A DNA stretch of 64,000 nt from Candidatus Nomurabacteria bacterium (GCA_028286645.1 JAQBRF010000002.1:186518-250517); one strand, 5' to 3'. Counted from the first letter of the stretch, positions 10,158-20,545 are shown. Translations and numbers: made by a program. The notes: generated by a model from the sequence alone, not told the origin.

Positions 10158-10282
10158 TTTTCTCAAGAAAATGGCGCGTTACTTTGTCGTGCTAAGAATT
10201 TTATTCGGTCAACTTACTAATTGTACGTTTCTCTCATAAAATTCTTGCACTTCGCGTACTGCATCCATTTTCTTGAGAAAAT
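10157..10282. repeat. 126-bp nested palindromic element between rpsG and fusA
   Basis: Perfect 18-bp inverted repeat ATTTTCTCAAGAAAATGG plus inner stem AAGAATTTTAT/ATAAAATTCTT. Confidence 0.75.
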
Positions 10283-10511
10283 AATTGATGAGACTTTTAT
10301 CTAAAATACAAGCTTTAAAATTCATATTTAAAGATTGTTTACATCAGGTATTTATGTTAAAGTATTAACTACCTGAAAACGGGTTTTATTTTTCCCTAAA
10401 CCACCAAAGGCGGCTGGGCGACACTATTAAAAGTGTTTAGCTTAAAAATTCAAAATCCTTTCGAATTTGTATTCACTAATGACTATTAACCAATAACTAT
10501 TAACTATCTTT

Positions 10512-12656
10512 ATGGCTCGCGACTATCCACTAAACAAAACACGTAACTTCGGAGTTATCGCTCACATCGATGCTGGTAAAACTACCACAACGGAGCGTAT
10601 TTTGTTCTATACCGGAGTTTCACATAAGATCGGTGAAGTTCACGAAGGGGAAACTGTTATGGATTGGATGGAGCAAGAGCGAGAGCGCGGTATCACTATT
10701 ACTTCTGCTGCTACTACTGCATTCTGGAATCCAACATATATGACAAAAGATGACACTTCTCTTAAGTGTCGTTTCAATATTATCGACACTCCTGGACACA
10801 TCGACTTCACTATTGAAGTGAAGCGTTCACTTCGCGTGCTTGACGGTGCTGTGGTCGTGTTTGACGGAGTAGCGGGAGTAGAGCCACAATCAGAAACTAA
10901 CTGGAGATACGCGTCTGACGGAAAAGTGCCGAGAATTTGCTATATCAATAAACTAGACCGAATGGGAGCGAACTTCGATAAGGCGTTTGATTCTATATTA
11001 GACCGTCTTTCAAAGAAGGCGGTGCGAATGCATATGCCTATTGGAACTGAAGAAAATTTCAATGGGATTATTGATCTTTTAATAATGAAAGAAGTAAAAT
11101 TCTCTGGAGACAAAGGAAAAGATGTAGACTTTACTGAAATTCCTGCAGAGTTATTAGAAGAAGCAAAGAAGAGGCGTGCGGAAATGGTGGAAAAGATCGT
11201 TGAAAGCGATGAAAACATGATGACTGCATTTCTGGAAGGAAAGGAATTTTCTGTAGTAGAACTAAAAGCTGCTATAAGAAAGGCAACGATAGCGAATGAA
11301 TTATTCCCGGTATTTTGCGGATCATCATTAAAGAATCGCGGAGTGCAATTAGTACTCGACGCGGTTATTGATTATCTTCCATCACCACTTGATATTCCTG
11401 CACCAAAAGGAATCGACCCAAATACAGGAGAGGCAATAGAAGTGGAAGTATCAGACACGGCTCCGCTTGCCGCTCTTGCTTTCAAGCTTCAATCAGATCC
11501 ATTCGTGGGACAGCTTACATTCTTCAGAGTTTACGCTGGAACAATTGAAGCGGGATCATATATTTATAACTCGACAAAAGATAAAAAAGAAAGAGTAAGT
11601 CGTATCCTTCGAATGCATGCAAATGAAAGAGAAGAAGTGAAAGCGGTATATGCTGGAGAAATCGCAGCTGCTGTAGGACTTAAAGATACTGTTACATCAG
11701 ACACTATGTGTACTGAAGAGCATCCAGTAATCCTTGAAAGAATTGTTATTCCTGAATCTGTTATTTCTATGCGTGTGGAACCGAAGACAAAAGCTGACCA
11801 AGAAAAAATGGGTCTTGCGCTTTCTCGTTTGGCTATCGAAGATCCTACTTTCCGCGTGGCATCAGATTCTGAAACAGGGGAGACTATTATCTCAGGAATG
11901 GGAGAACTCCATCTTGATATCATTGTCGACCGAATGAAAAGAGAATTTAATGTAGAAGCAAATACAGGCAAGCCTCAGGTGGCGTATAAGGAAACTATTC
12001 TTGGGTCAGCTGCAGGAGAGGGCAAATATATCAAACAGTCTGGCGGTCGCGGTCAGTACGGACATGTGAAAATAAATATTAAGCCAATTGACTATAATAT
12101 TCCCACAGAAGATCTTCCAAAGAACACGAAGAGATATGACGGATTTGAATTTGTTAACTCTCTAAAAGGAGGCTCAATTCCATCGGAATTCGTTCCTGCT
12201 GTAGAAAAGGGCTTGAGAGAATCAATGGATCGCGGAACACTTGCCGGATTTAAAATGGTGGATGTATCGTGCGAGGTATATGACGGATCTTTCCATGAAG
12301 TGGACTCCTCAGAAATCGCCTTCAAAATCGCAGCCGGTATGGCGCTAGCTGACGCAGTTGGCAAAGCCAAGCCTGTGATCCTAGAACCTATAATGAAAGT
12401 GGAGATAGTCACACCAGACAAGTTTTATGGAGATATAACAGGGAATCTTTCATCAAAGCGCGGTCAGATTGAAGGAATGGATGAAAGAGGACAGGACAAA
12501 GTAGTGCGCGCTATGGTGCCGCTATCGGAAATGTTTGGATATGTAAATAACTTAAGATCCATGACAGAAGGACGTGCTTCATATACAATGGAATTTGGAA
12601 AGTATGATGTGGTGCCACAAAATATCGCAAAGGACATTGCAGAAAATAAGAAGTAA
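10512..12656 (+). CDS. fusA: Elongation factor G
   Basis: AHIDAGKTT, RGITI, DTPGH, NKLD and GMGELHL motifs. Confidence 0.99.
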   Translation: MARDYPLNKTRNFGVIAHIDAGKTTTTERILFYTGVSHKIGEVHEGETVMDWMEQERERGITITSAATTAFWNPTYMTKDDTSLKCRFNIIDTPGHIDFTIEVKRSLRVLDGAVVVFDGVAGVEPQSETNWRYASDGKVPRICYINKLDRMGANFDKAFDSILDRLSKKAVRMHMPIGTEENFNGIIDLLIMKEVKFSGDKGKDVDFTEIPAELLEEAKKRRAEMVEKIVESDENMMTAFLEGKEFSVVELKAAIRKATIANELFPVFCGSSLKNRGVQLVLDAVIDYLPSPLDIPAPKGIDPNTGEAIEVEVSDTAPLAALAFKLQSDPFVGQLTFFRVYAGTIEAGSYIYNSTKDKKERVSRILRMHANEREEVKAVYAGEIAAAVGLKDTVTSDTMCTEEHPVILERIVIPESVISMRVEPKTKADQEKMGLALSRLAIEDPTFRVASDSETGETIISGMGELHLDIIVDRMKREFNVEANTGKPQVAYKETILGSAAGEGKYIKQSGGRGQYGHVKINIKPIDYNIPTEDLPKNTKRYDGFEFVNSLKGGSIPSEFVPAVEKGLRESMDRGTLAGFKMVDVSCEVYDGSFHEVDSSEIAFKIAAGMALADAVGKAKPVILEPIMKVEIVTPDKFYGDITGNLSSKRGQIEGMDERGQDKVVRAMVPLSEMFGYVNNLRSMTEGRASYTMEFGKYDVVPQNIAKDIAENKK

Positions 12657-12713
12657 ATTATTATTTACGACTATATTTTCTTAATCCCGCGACAAAAATA
12701 CTTTTTTGGAGTC

Positions 12714-12905
12714 GTGGTCGCAGAGAACAAAGCGTTAGTAAAAAAAGGACGTCTCTCAAAAGAGACTCTCGAAGAAAATAAGGATAAAATAATACAACAT
12801 TTGTCTAAGGACTATGAAATTAATCAAAGAACAGGAGTGGGGGGAGAGATTGGCATGCAAGTAGCGAAGGCAAGATATGAAGCAACCCTCGGCTCTATTG
12901 ACTAA
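12714..12905 (+). CDS. Small hypothetical ORF or gene remnant
   Basis: 63-aa ORF with coding-like composition and GTG start, followed by a terminator-like hairpin near 12918-12945. Confidence 0.3.
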   Translation: MVAENKALVKKGRLSKETLEENKDKIIQHLSKDYEINQRTGVGGEIGMQVAKARYEATLGSID

Positions 12906-13020
12906 ATATAAAGGTTCAAAAAAAGATGCTACTAGCGTCCTTTTTGCTCTATGTTGATAACTTCTACAAAGTGTGGTGTAGAAAGAGTATAATTCGTTCA
13001 TTATAAATAAATTTAAAATA

Positions 13021-13950
13021 ATGAACAAGAAGATCTACACAGTTAACTTTGCACTAATTCTCGCCTCTTTATACACGTTTGCTCTATATATAATATCTGC
13101 AGACGGAAATATTTTCACAAAGATTTCCCCTAACTTTTATGATTGTGACTGCGGTGGGTATACTTATTTTAATTATTTAACAATATCTATCGTGGGTCTT
13201 ATTGCTTTTATCGTTACTTCCTCTCTTTTTATTAGGAAGTACGGCTCTATTTCTGCGGACGATGAATATGTTTCTTTCTTAAATTACATAGGCAAGGCAT
13301 TATTTTGGGTATTTGCCGCTTATATATTATATGCACCAATAACTTATTTAGTGTCAGGAGGCCCATTCTTATCTTTCATCATTAATATGATCTGGCAGGT
13401 GGTAATTCTTTTCTTATCTGGGTATTTCTTATATGCACGAGGAGCATGGAGAAGTCACAGCGCTATGGTGGTTATTTGGGCAGTAATGGCTGTGCTTGCT
13501 ATTGTTTCTTTCGTCGGAGGATTCTTTGCTTACGGAACTCCAAGTGAACAGTATAAAGTATCAGCCGATCAAGAAACCTTAATTAGATTAGACAGCGCCT
13601 CGTATGATGTGGATGATTTTATTAGTTACAATAAAGTTTTCCCAACGATTGACCAACTAATGGAAGCAACCTCAACTCAAACACCGAAAGACAAGTTTGA
13701 AAATCCTGTTACTCACCAGCAATTTACTCTTACAGAATATAAAGATGAAACTCCTAACCAATATGGAGATATATATGGCCACTATGAATTATGCTCAACC
13801 GTATTCTTAGGATATGAAAAGGCTTATGATCTTAGTAAAAATTCTAGTTTCTTGAAGTCTCGCCAAAAGCCAGGAAAATATTGTGTTACGAGAAACTATT
13901 CAATATATAACGATACAACTAGCGGTAACTCACAAAGTGGAATGGAATAG
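13021..13950 (+). CDS. Multi-TM membrane protein with pseudopilin-like C-terminal domain (DUF5671-like)
   Basis: About 5 TM helices followed by a R.D...Y...P...NPVT...YELC pattern. Confidence 0.6.
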   Translation: MNKKIYTVNFALILASLYTFALYIISADGNIFTKISPNFYDCDCGGYTYFNYLTISIVGLIAFIVTSSLFIRKYGSISADDEYVSFLNYIGKALFWVFAAYILYAPITYLVSGGPFLSFIINMIWQVVILFLSGYFLYARGAWRSHSAMVVIWAVMAVLAIVSFVGGFFAYGTPSEQYKVSADQETLIRLDSASYDVDDFISYNKVFPTIDQLMEATSTQTPKDKFENPVTHQQFTLTEYKDETPNQYGDIYGHYELCSTVFLGYEKAYDLSKNSSFLKSRQKPGKYCVTRNYSIYNDTTSGNSQSGME

Positions 13951-14006
13951 TTGGATTTCTTAATTAAGCCTAATGGGTATAAACTTAGATGTAAGTTATT
14001 ATTAAT

Positions 14007-16328
14007 ATGCTTAGCATGAAAACTACTATCTATTTAAAGCCCTTATTTATTGTTTCCCTGGTTCTTGGTATAACTTCATCTACTTTTGCTCAAGTGGCTG
14101 ATGAAAATCCAAACGGAACTTCGTGCGCCATCATTACGTCAAATACAGGTTATGGGTCACGAGATAATTCTTATAATAGTAACGTTTCTATTCTTCAGGA
14201 CTTTTTAAGTTCCAATGGATATTTAAATTCGCAGCCGACTGGCTTCTATGGGCGCCTTACACTTAATGCTGTTTCTAATTTTCAAAGAGCAAATGGCATT
14301 TCGCCCACAGGTTATGTCGGATCTATAACGCGAGCGAGAATCCAAGCTATTGATTGTAATGGAGGAACCATACCCACACCCACTCCAACGCCTACAAATC
14401 TTCCATACGGATGCACTTCTATTATTGGGTATAGTCCAATTACTGGAGCAAGATGTGATAGCGGTACCACAAATCCTAATCCAGATTCTAATACTCAATC
14501 GCAAGTAGTGGCTTTGGCCATATCCAGGCTTGCTACAAAGCTAAATGTTTATTCCTCAAGTATTAGTGTAATAAATGTAGAAAGAATTACCTGGCCGAAT
14601 GGATGTTTGGGGATTGATTATGGAGCAGGATCAATTTGTACGCAGTCATTTGTTAATGGATATAAAATAACTCTTAATTATGGAGGGCAAACGTACGAAT
14701 ATCATGCAAATAGCAGTGGAAGTCAGATTGTAGAATTTATTAATAATGTTATTAGTAATGTGAGCTTCTCAGCAACTCCTCAAACAGGAGCTTCGCCTCT
14801 TGCTGTTAACTTTATTACTTCCGGAATTCCTTATACCGCAAGCTCTCCTTATTTGATTGATTTTGGAGATGGATTTTCTGGGACATCATGGGGGGTTGGT
14901 TTTGAAAATGGATCAATGCTAAATATGATTCACACATATTCTTCCCCAGGAACTTACACTGCTAAACTTCTAAAAAACACTTGCCCTCAAGGAGCTCAAT
15001 GTTTCGCCGGACCTCAAACAATTGGCACATTAGTGGTAACAGTAAATGGAGCGGCAACTTCAGGAGGTCTATCGGTTTCTCCTTTATCTGGAAGTGCTCC
15101 GCTTACCGTTTCAGTTTCAGGCACATCTGTGGGCGGCAGTTATTCAATTGATTTCGGAGATAATACTACTCCGTTGGTAAGCCATGCTACGTGTTTATAT
15201 GGAATGAATTGTTCTGGGGCTATATCTATTAATCAAACTCACACATATCAATTACCTGGTACATACACCCTAACCTTCAACGATATTTTGTCCAGTTATC
15301 CTTACTACACAAGTTATACAAAAACTATTACTGTTTCTGGAGGGTCGTCATCTAACTTACTAACAGCCATACCAACAACAGGATCTTCCCCGCTATTGGT
15401 TACCTTAAGTGTTCCGTCAGTTATACAAGGTAAGATGAACGCCTGCGTATATACACAAGGATTTTATGGAGCATCCGGGCAAGGAATAGATGTTAACTGG
15501 GGGGACGGAACTTTTTCTCCGGTGTTTTCTGATAGCAAGAGAGGTCAAAGCTGTTCGGATGAATTAAAGACTCACACATATACAACTCCTGGAACCTATA
15601 CAATAACTATGCGAAGCTGGCACCCAGGCCCGACAGATCAAGCGGTGATTGACTGGCAAGGGACTTCAACCATTGTCGTGGGTGGGACCCGGGCAGCAAA
15701 TGAAACATTTATAGCTACTCCGACTTCCGGCAATGCTCCATTAAATGTTTCATATCGTATAGATAACGCAGATGCCTCGCTTTATGCTTATTCGATTTCA
15801 TATGGGGATGGCACCTCTCCATCCCTCATAGCGCCTCCTGCGGGGTCAGGTAATTGCACTGGTTTCGGTAATGGCTGTTTCATTTCGGATTCCCATATAT
15901 ATTCACAACCGGGGACGTATACCGCGACTCTTTATAGAACAATCAATGTTGTATGTGCGGGAGGAATGGTGTGTAATGCTGGGGTGCGCGAAACTGTTAA
16001 AACAGCGACTATCACTGTGGGAGCTGCTTCTTCTAATAGCGTAAGTCTGTCTGCGTATCCTACATCAGGCAATGCGCCACTTGGTGTAGGCTTTTCCGCT
16101 TCTTACCTTCCCGCTAGCAGCTATTTTGTAATTAAATTCGGCGATGGAAATCAGTTAAGTTTATCTGGAAGCAACCAACAGGTATGTACCGCATCATATC
16201 CTGTAACATGTACAAGTTTTAATGGCTTTAATATTAGTCATGTATATAATACTCGAGGCATGTATACCGCAGAGGTGCTTACATCAGAAAATGTTTCTCT
16301 TGCGACAACGAACATAACAGTTAATTAG
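14007..16328 (+). CDS. Secreted peptidoglycan-binding protein with five PKD repeats
   Basis: Signal peptide, PG_binding_1 (LQ.FL...GYL...G.YG.LT..AV..FQ) and five P..G.APL.V...[FWY]GD...H.Y..PGTY repeats. Confidence 0.9.
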   Translation: MLSMKTTIYLKPLFIVSLVLGITSSTFAQVADENPNGTSCAIITSNTGYGSRDNSYNSNVSILQDFLSSNGYLNSQPTGFYGRLTLNAVSNFQRANGISPTGYVGSITRARIQAIDCNGGTIPTPTPTPTNLPYGCTSIIGYSPITGARCDSGTTNPNPDSNTQSQVVALAISRLATKLNVYSSSISVINVERITWPNGCLGIDYGAGSICTQSFVNGYKITLNYGGQTYEYHANSSGSQIVEFINNVISNVSFSATPQTGASPLAVNFITSGIPYTASSPYLIDFGDGFSGTSWGVGFENGSMLNMIHTYSSPGTYTAKLLKNTCPQGAQCFAGPQTIGTLVVTVNGAATSGGLSVSPLSGSAPLTVSVSGTSVGGSYSIDFGDNTTPLVSHATCLYGMNCSGAISINQTHTYQLPGTYTLTFNDILSSYPYYTSYTKTITVSGGSSSNLLTAIPTTGSSPLLVTLSVPSVIQGKMNACVYTQGFYGASGQGIDVNWGDGTFSPVFSDSKRGQSCSDELKTHTYTTPGTYTITMRSWHPGPTDQAVIDWQGTSTIVVGGTRAANETFIATPTSGNAPLNVSYRIDNADASLYAYSISYGDGTSPSLIAPPAGSGNCTGFGNGCFISDSHIYSQPGTYTATLYRTINVVCAGGMVCNAGVRETVKTATITVGAASSNSVSLSAYPTSGNAPLGVGFSASYLPASSYFVIKFGDGNQLSLSGSNQQVCTASYPVTCTSFNGFNISHVYNTRGMYTAEVLTSENVSLATTNITVN

Positions 16329-16387
16329 CCTATAATTAATCTTAGTTATCCCTAAACGCATACAGTCTCATTTGGTATCATTTAAAT

Positions 16388-17503
16388 ATGAAAAAACTTA
16401 TTTTGGCACTTATGCTAACTTCCGGAATTTTGTATTCATACGCAGATACTTGTACCGATATTTCTATAAACCTTTCAAAAAAAGGAAATACAAACAGCCA
16501 AGTCCTTATCCTTCAAAACTTTCTTTTTAATAAAGGCTTATTAAATGCAAAACCGAATGGGTATTTCGGTCCTCAAACATTTACAGCAGTAAAACTATAT
16601 CAGAAGTCAAAAGGCATTACGCCAACAGGAGACGTGGCAGCGCTTACGAGATCATCTATAAAAAATGAAAGCTGCAATGGAACCACACCTGCTGTTTCGT
16701 CTCCCACAACATCGACAATGGCCACTACAACTTCACAAGTTATGGTTACGCCTTTAGTGCCTTCGGTTATTTCCATAAAAGTTTCTCCTTCTGTTATAAA
16801 TACTATTGATTACGCCACATTTATCTCCGGAGGAAAAATGGATACGCCGTTAACGATACGAGGATCAGGATTTAGCTCTTCTACAAATCAAGTTATTTTA
16901 AAATTAACTGGATCAAACAGAACCTTTGATTTAGGAAATTTCCCGTCCGTAAATGGGACGACAACTATTGTATCCTCAAGTTTTATAACAAACACATATC
17001 CCTGTGGGACGAGCTGCACCGAGCTTCTTCCGGTTGGCAATTATAGTGTGATTGTGAAAAATGAGGGAGGGGAAAGCAATGCGGGAGGAATAATAGTAAG
17101 AAATATAATCGCAACTGGCACATCAGGAAGTATTTCTACAGCAATAAAGCAGCAAAGCACTCAGGCAAAGCTTGCCACCTTTACAATAGGGACCAATACA
17201 TCGATTTCTCTTGAAGAGATGAACATCTCTCTAACTTCTTCACTTTCAAGCGGAGCAGGGATTTCAAATTTAAAATTAAAAGATGAATTATCCGGTGAAG
17301 TAATAGGAGGGTCATCATCATTTGATTTAGGCAAGAGAATGATAATTGAAAATCAATCAAAGATTTATTCTTTATATGGCGATATTGATGTACCCGTATC
17401 TGTCGGCGTAACTATTAACGCAGTCTTAAAAGTAAAAGAATTTATCGGAAATAATTTTATATATATAACAATTCCAACTGTTTTTGATACTATTTCTGGG
17501 TAA
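16388..17503 (+). CDS. Secreted peptidoglycan-binding protein with Ig/IPT-like domains
   Basis: Signal peptide, LQNFL...G.FGP.T..AVK.YQ and TIRGSGF...V.N.GG.SN. Confidence 0.85.
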   Translation: MKKLILALMLTSGILYSYADTCTDISINLSKKGNTNSQVLILQNFLFNKGLLNAKPNGYFGPQTFTAVKLYQKSKGITPTGDVAALTRSSIKNESCNGTTPAVSSPTTSTMATTTSQVMVTPLVPSVISIKVSPSVINTIDYATFISGGKMDTPLTIRGSGFSSSTNQVILKLTGSNRTFDLGNFPSVNGTTTIVSSSFITNTYPCGTSCTELLPVGNYSVIVKNEGGESNAGGIIVRNIIATGTSGSISTAIKQQSTQAKLATFTIGTNTSISLEEMNISLTSSLSSGAGISNLKLKDELSGEVIGGSSSFDLGKRMIIENQSKIYSLYGDIDVPVSVGVTINAVLKVKEFIGNNFIYITIPTVFDTISG

Positions 17504-17623
17504 AAATGATATCCCCCAAAGGCCCTTGCATAAATTTTTACACGTTGTAGTATAGGGGGGTCAAACCGCCTTGCCCCCATCCGGGGGTAAAGGAGAGGGG
17601 AGGCAACCTTCAGGAGACTCAAA

Positions 17624-18070
17624 ATGAAGAAGTTCGTTCTCGCGGCTCTCGCAGCCGCAATGTTGCTCACGGGTCCCATGGTGAATGCGGCGCCCCCGGA
17701 AGTCGGCGTGGCCAAAGCTCAGACGACCGAAGCGGTGCTCAAGGCCAAGCCGACGTCCGTCGTGACCGAGATCATGGTGCTCCAGGCGCCGAGCGCGCGC
17801 GAAATCGCGACCAGGCACGCCGACGCGGTCGCAGGATCGACGTATCTCGCGACCCAGGACATGATCGGCTTCCAGGAAATCGCCGCGAACCAGTCGAGCT
17901 CGGCCCGCGTGTTCACGTCGACATCGTCCGCGGGCCTGGTCGCCTTCGACGGCGCAATGGTGAACACCTCGCGCTTCGTGCCGACGCACCCCGCCCTTTA
18001 CGGTGAAATGGCATCCGCGTTCACGCACGGCGTCGCGCCGCCCGTCGTCACCGCCTTGCCGGCGATCTAA
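17624..18070 (+). CDS. GC-rich secreted hypothetical protein
   Basis: SD CAGGAG, signal peptide MKKFVLAALAAAMLL and strong GC3 bias in this frame. Confidence 0.75.
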   Translation: MKKFVLAALAAAMLLTGPMVNAAPPEVGVAKAQTTEAVLKAKPTSVVTEIMVLQAPSAREIATRHADAVAGSTYLATQDMIGFQEIAANQSSSARVFTSTSSAGLVAFDGAMVNTSRFVPTHPALYGEMASAFTHGVAPPVVTALPAI

Positions 18071-18111
18071 CAAGCCGGCCGCTCCGATTCGCCGTCCTGG
18101 CGAATGCACTG

Positions 18112-18134
18112 CCCACCTCCACGGTGGGTTTTTT
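18112..18134 (+). terminator. Intrinsic terminator
   Basis: CCCACC-tccac-GGTGGG followed by a T tract. Confidence 0.8.
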
Positions 18135-18344
18135 ATTTTTATCTATTTATTTTTTAAGTAATAATTAATTATTTGTGACATAAAATCTTGTGACATGGTT
18201 CATGGATTTTTGATATTTAACCATTATTTAAAATATTGACCAGTAGTAATAAGTATTGTAGGATGAAAAGTAATCTGTTCCAATTATTTCGAATTACCCA
18301 TGGAACGGACTTCCTTATCGTAATCACAATGGAGAGCCAGAATC

Positions 18345-19124
18345 ATGTTCAACAAAGACGCATTGTTCGGCCAGAGAGGTGACACCACCGATGCAAACGT
18401 GACCGGTATGCCGGGGTCCCACCCGCACCCTCGCCCCGTAAGTCCGGCCTTGCCGGCAGATCCGTCGCCCGCCCCTTCAGCAAACCTCGCGGACACTCCT
18501 TCAATGCTTCTCAACGAGGCTGCGTCGGAGTCTGAGGGGGCGGTAGCTCGTGCACGCTCTCGTGCTCCAGCGCCTTCTGATTCTGTGGTTGTGAATCGGG
18601 CGCACCGGCTGGCCGCAGAGCCTGTACGCGTCGAAGACTCCTCTGAAACTACGTCGACAATCGCAAAAAGCTGGAATATCAAAGGAGTGGGCTCCGCCAT
18701 CACAGGCGTCGGCACTCTCATCGTCGAGGGGGAGGTGGAGAGCGAGATCGAATGTCGCGTCATCAGGATTCTCCCCGGCGGCCTTGTCACCGGCCCGGTG
18801 ACAGCGGAAGTGGCCGAAGTCTATGGCACCGTTATAGGGGAGCTCACGGCGACCAAGCGCCTGGTGCTCTTCTCTACAGGCAACATTTCCGGACGAATCC
18901 GTTACGGGAAAATCCACGTCGAAGAAGGTGCGGAAATTTCGGGAGACGTCAACACTCTCGCGGCTGTGCATGCAGCGGTTGCCGAAGTAGCGGCAGACGA
19001 AATGGCCGCTTCCAGACTCGCGGCGGTCGCAAGCTCAAGCACCCAGCCTTCCACATCCGGAGATGACTCAAACGTGGCAGAATCGGAAGAACATGCCGAA
19101 GATGCCGGCGGATCGACTTCCTAG
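18345..19124 (+). CDS. Bactofilin (polymer-forming cytoskeletal protein), GC-rich
   Basis: Beta-helix repeats L.VEGEV..I...G.V.G.V.AE...V.G.V.GEL.A..RL....TG.ISG.I.YG.I.VEEGA.ISG with disordered Pro/Ala-rich tails. Confidence 0.9.
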   Translation: MFNKDALFGQRGDTTDANVTGMPGSHPHPRPVSPALPADPSPAPSANLADTPSMLLNEAASESEGAVARARSRAPAPSDSVVVNRAHRLAAEPVRVEDSSETTSTIAKSWNIKGVGSAITGVGTLIVEGEVESEIECRVIRILPGGLVTGPVTAEVAEVYGTVIGELTATKRLVLFSTGNISGRIRYGKIHVEEGAEISGDVNTLAAVHAAVAEVAADEMAASRLAAVASSSTQPSTSGDDSNVAESEEHAEDAGGSTS

Positions 19125-19173
19125 CCGAAATAAACCGGCGGGATCACAAATAAGGACGCTTTACCGCTTCACG

Positions 19174-19198
19174 CAGCTCTTCGGGGCTGCATTTTTTT
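19174..19198 (+). terminator. Intrinsic terminator
   Basis: GCAGCTC-ttcg-GGGCTGC followed by a T tract. Confidence 0.8.
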
Positions 19199-19236
19199 AT
19201 CTCTACACAAAAGTTTTGTAAAACTTGGTATAGGGT

Positions 19237-20388
19237 TTATTTTATTTCTACAAACTTCCCATTTTTAATAGTTTTAATTACAAACTGAGAGTCTTTAATT
19301 CCATGAATATCATTAAATTGGATATTTGGGACTGTTACTCCTGGAATATTAGTTTTTTCTACGGCTGTTTTAATATCAATTCCATTCTCGTAATGTTTCC
19401 TTAATGCATTTATGGCTACATTGGTAGCGTCGTATGCGTTAGTCACACTTGGCCCTGAAGGCTCAGTTCCATATTTAGAAATAAAGTTTGCTTTGAATTC
19501 TTCATACCCACCAGAAGCTTCAGGATATGTATAGATAACCCCGTTCATCGTTGAGCTAAATTGTTTTACAAGTTCTGCATCCTGTACATCTGCTGAGCTA
19601 AATAGCTGCACCGTAAGACCTAAGTCGTGTGCTTGCTTTAGAAATTTTCCTTTTTTTTCTGGGTTAGGAAAACTCGCGTATATGCCATCTATATTCATAT
19701 TTTTTAACTCAGCTATTTCTGTCCTAAAGTCTATATAGTTTGTAGGAAGTGTATATTCCTTTATTACTTTTATATTATGTGCATCGGCTTCATCTTTAAA
19801 AATCGACATAAGGATAACACCAAAAGGATCTTGGTCGTGCATTATAACTATATTTCTCTTATTGTTTTGATTCATGTAACTCTCCATCGCTTGTACCTCT
19901 TTCCTTTGAGGGAAATATGTCGAAAATATGTAATCAATTGGCAGTTTGCCATATATAACAGCTTCTATTGCAGCAGAAGGAGTGATTGAAACTATTTTAT
20001 TGTTATTTATCACAGGATAACCGCTCTGGTAAGTATCACTCCATGTGGGGCCAATTATTATCTCTGCTTTATCTGAGTCAATTAATTTGCTTACAGCATT
20101 TACTGTTCCTTTTTGAGAACATTCTGTGTCTTCGGTGATGAGTTCTAAGGGGTGTCCATTTATACCGCCTGATTTATTCGCTTCCTCAATGGCCAAAGTA
20201 ATGGACTTAAGTTCGTCCTCGCCCCACGAAGAGCAGTAGTTAGTGAGTGCAAGTGCCCCCCCAACTTTTACGGTGTCTCCATTTTCCTTGTGCGCCCCAA
20301 GTATGGAAGGGCGTTGCCCTAGGAAGAAGCTTATTAATAAAATAATAAATACTACGCTTAAAAAGCCCAATAAAATGTTTTTGGTCAT
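19237..20388 (-). CDS. LivK-like ABC transporter substrate-binding protein
   Basis: GGING..LEL..EDT.C, IIGP..S and AYDA periplasmic-binding type I motifs; N-terminal anchor. Confidence 0.9.
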   Translation of the reverse strand: MTKNILLGFLSVVFIILLISFFLGQRPSILGAHKENGDTVKVGGALALTNYCSSWGEDELKSITLAIEEANKSGGINGHPLELITEDTECSQKGTVNAVSKLIDSDKAEIIIGPTWSDTYQSGYPVINNNKIVSITPSAAIEAVIYGKLPIDYIFSTYFPQRKEVQAMESYMNQNNKRNIVIMHDQDPFGVILMSIFKDEADAHNIKVIKEYTLPTNYIDFRTEIAELKNMNIDGIYASFPNPEKKGKFLKQAHDLGLTVQLFSSADVQDAELVKQFSSTMNGVIYTYPEASGGYEEFKANFISKYGTEPSGPSVTNAYDATNVAINALRKHYENGIDIKTAVEKTNIPGVTVPNIQFNDIHGIKDSQFVIKTIKNGKFVEIK

Positions 20389-20545
20389 GTTTTTAAGAAG
20401 AAAGCTAGTTAATAATTACTATCTTAGCTTAAATCTATTTTGACTGAATTGATATTTTATTGTGTAGTATTTTACCCCGAAGAATGAAAATCCTTTGATA
20501 GCAAAGGTTTTTAACGGCAGAAAGTTGTAGGTATAAGACCTACAA

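Noticed and set aside
17365-19066. Long alternative and antisense ORFs (e.g. 17561-18109, 18284-18790, 18501-18971)
   Set aside because: Shadow ORFs expected in GC-rich DNA; the plus-strand frames have the SD, signal peptide or bactofilin motif.
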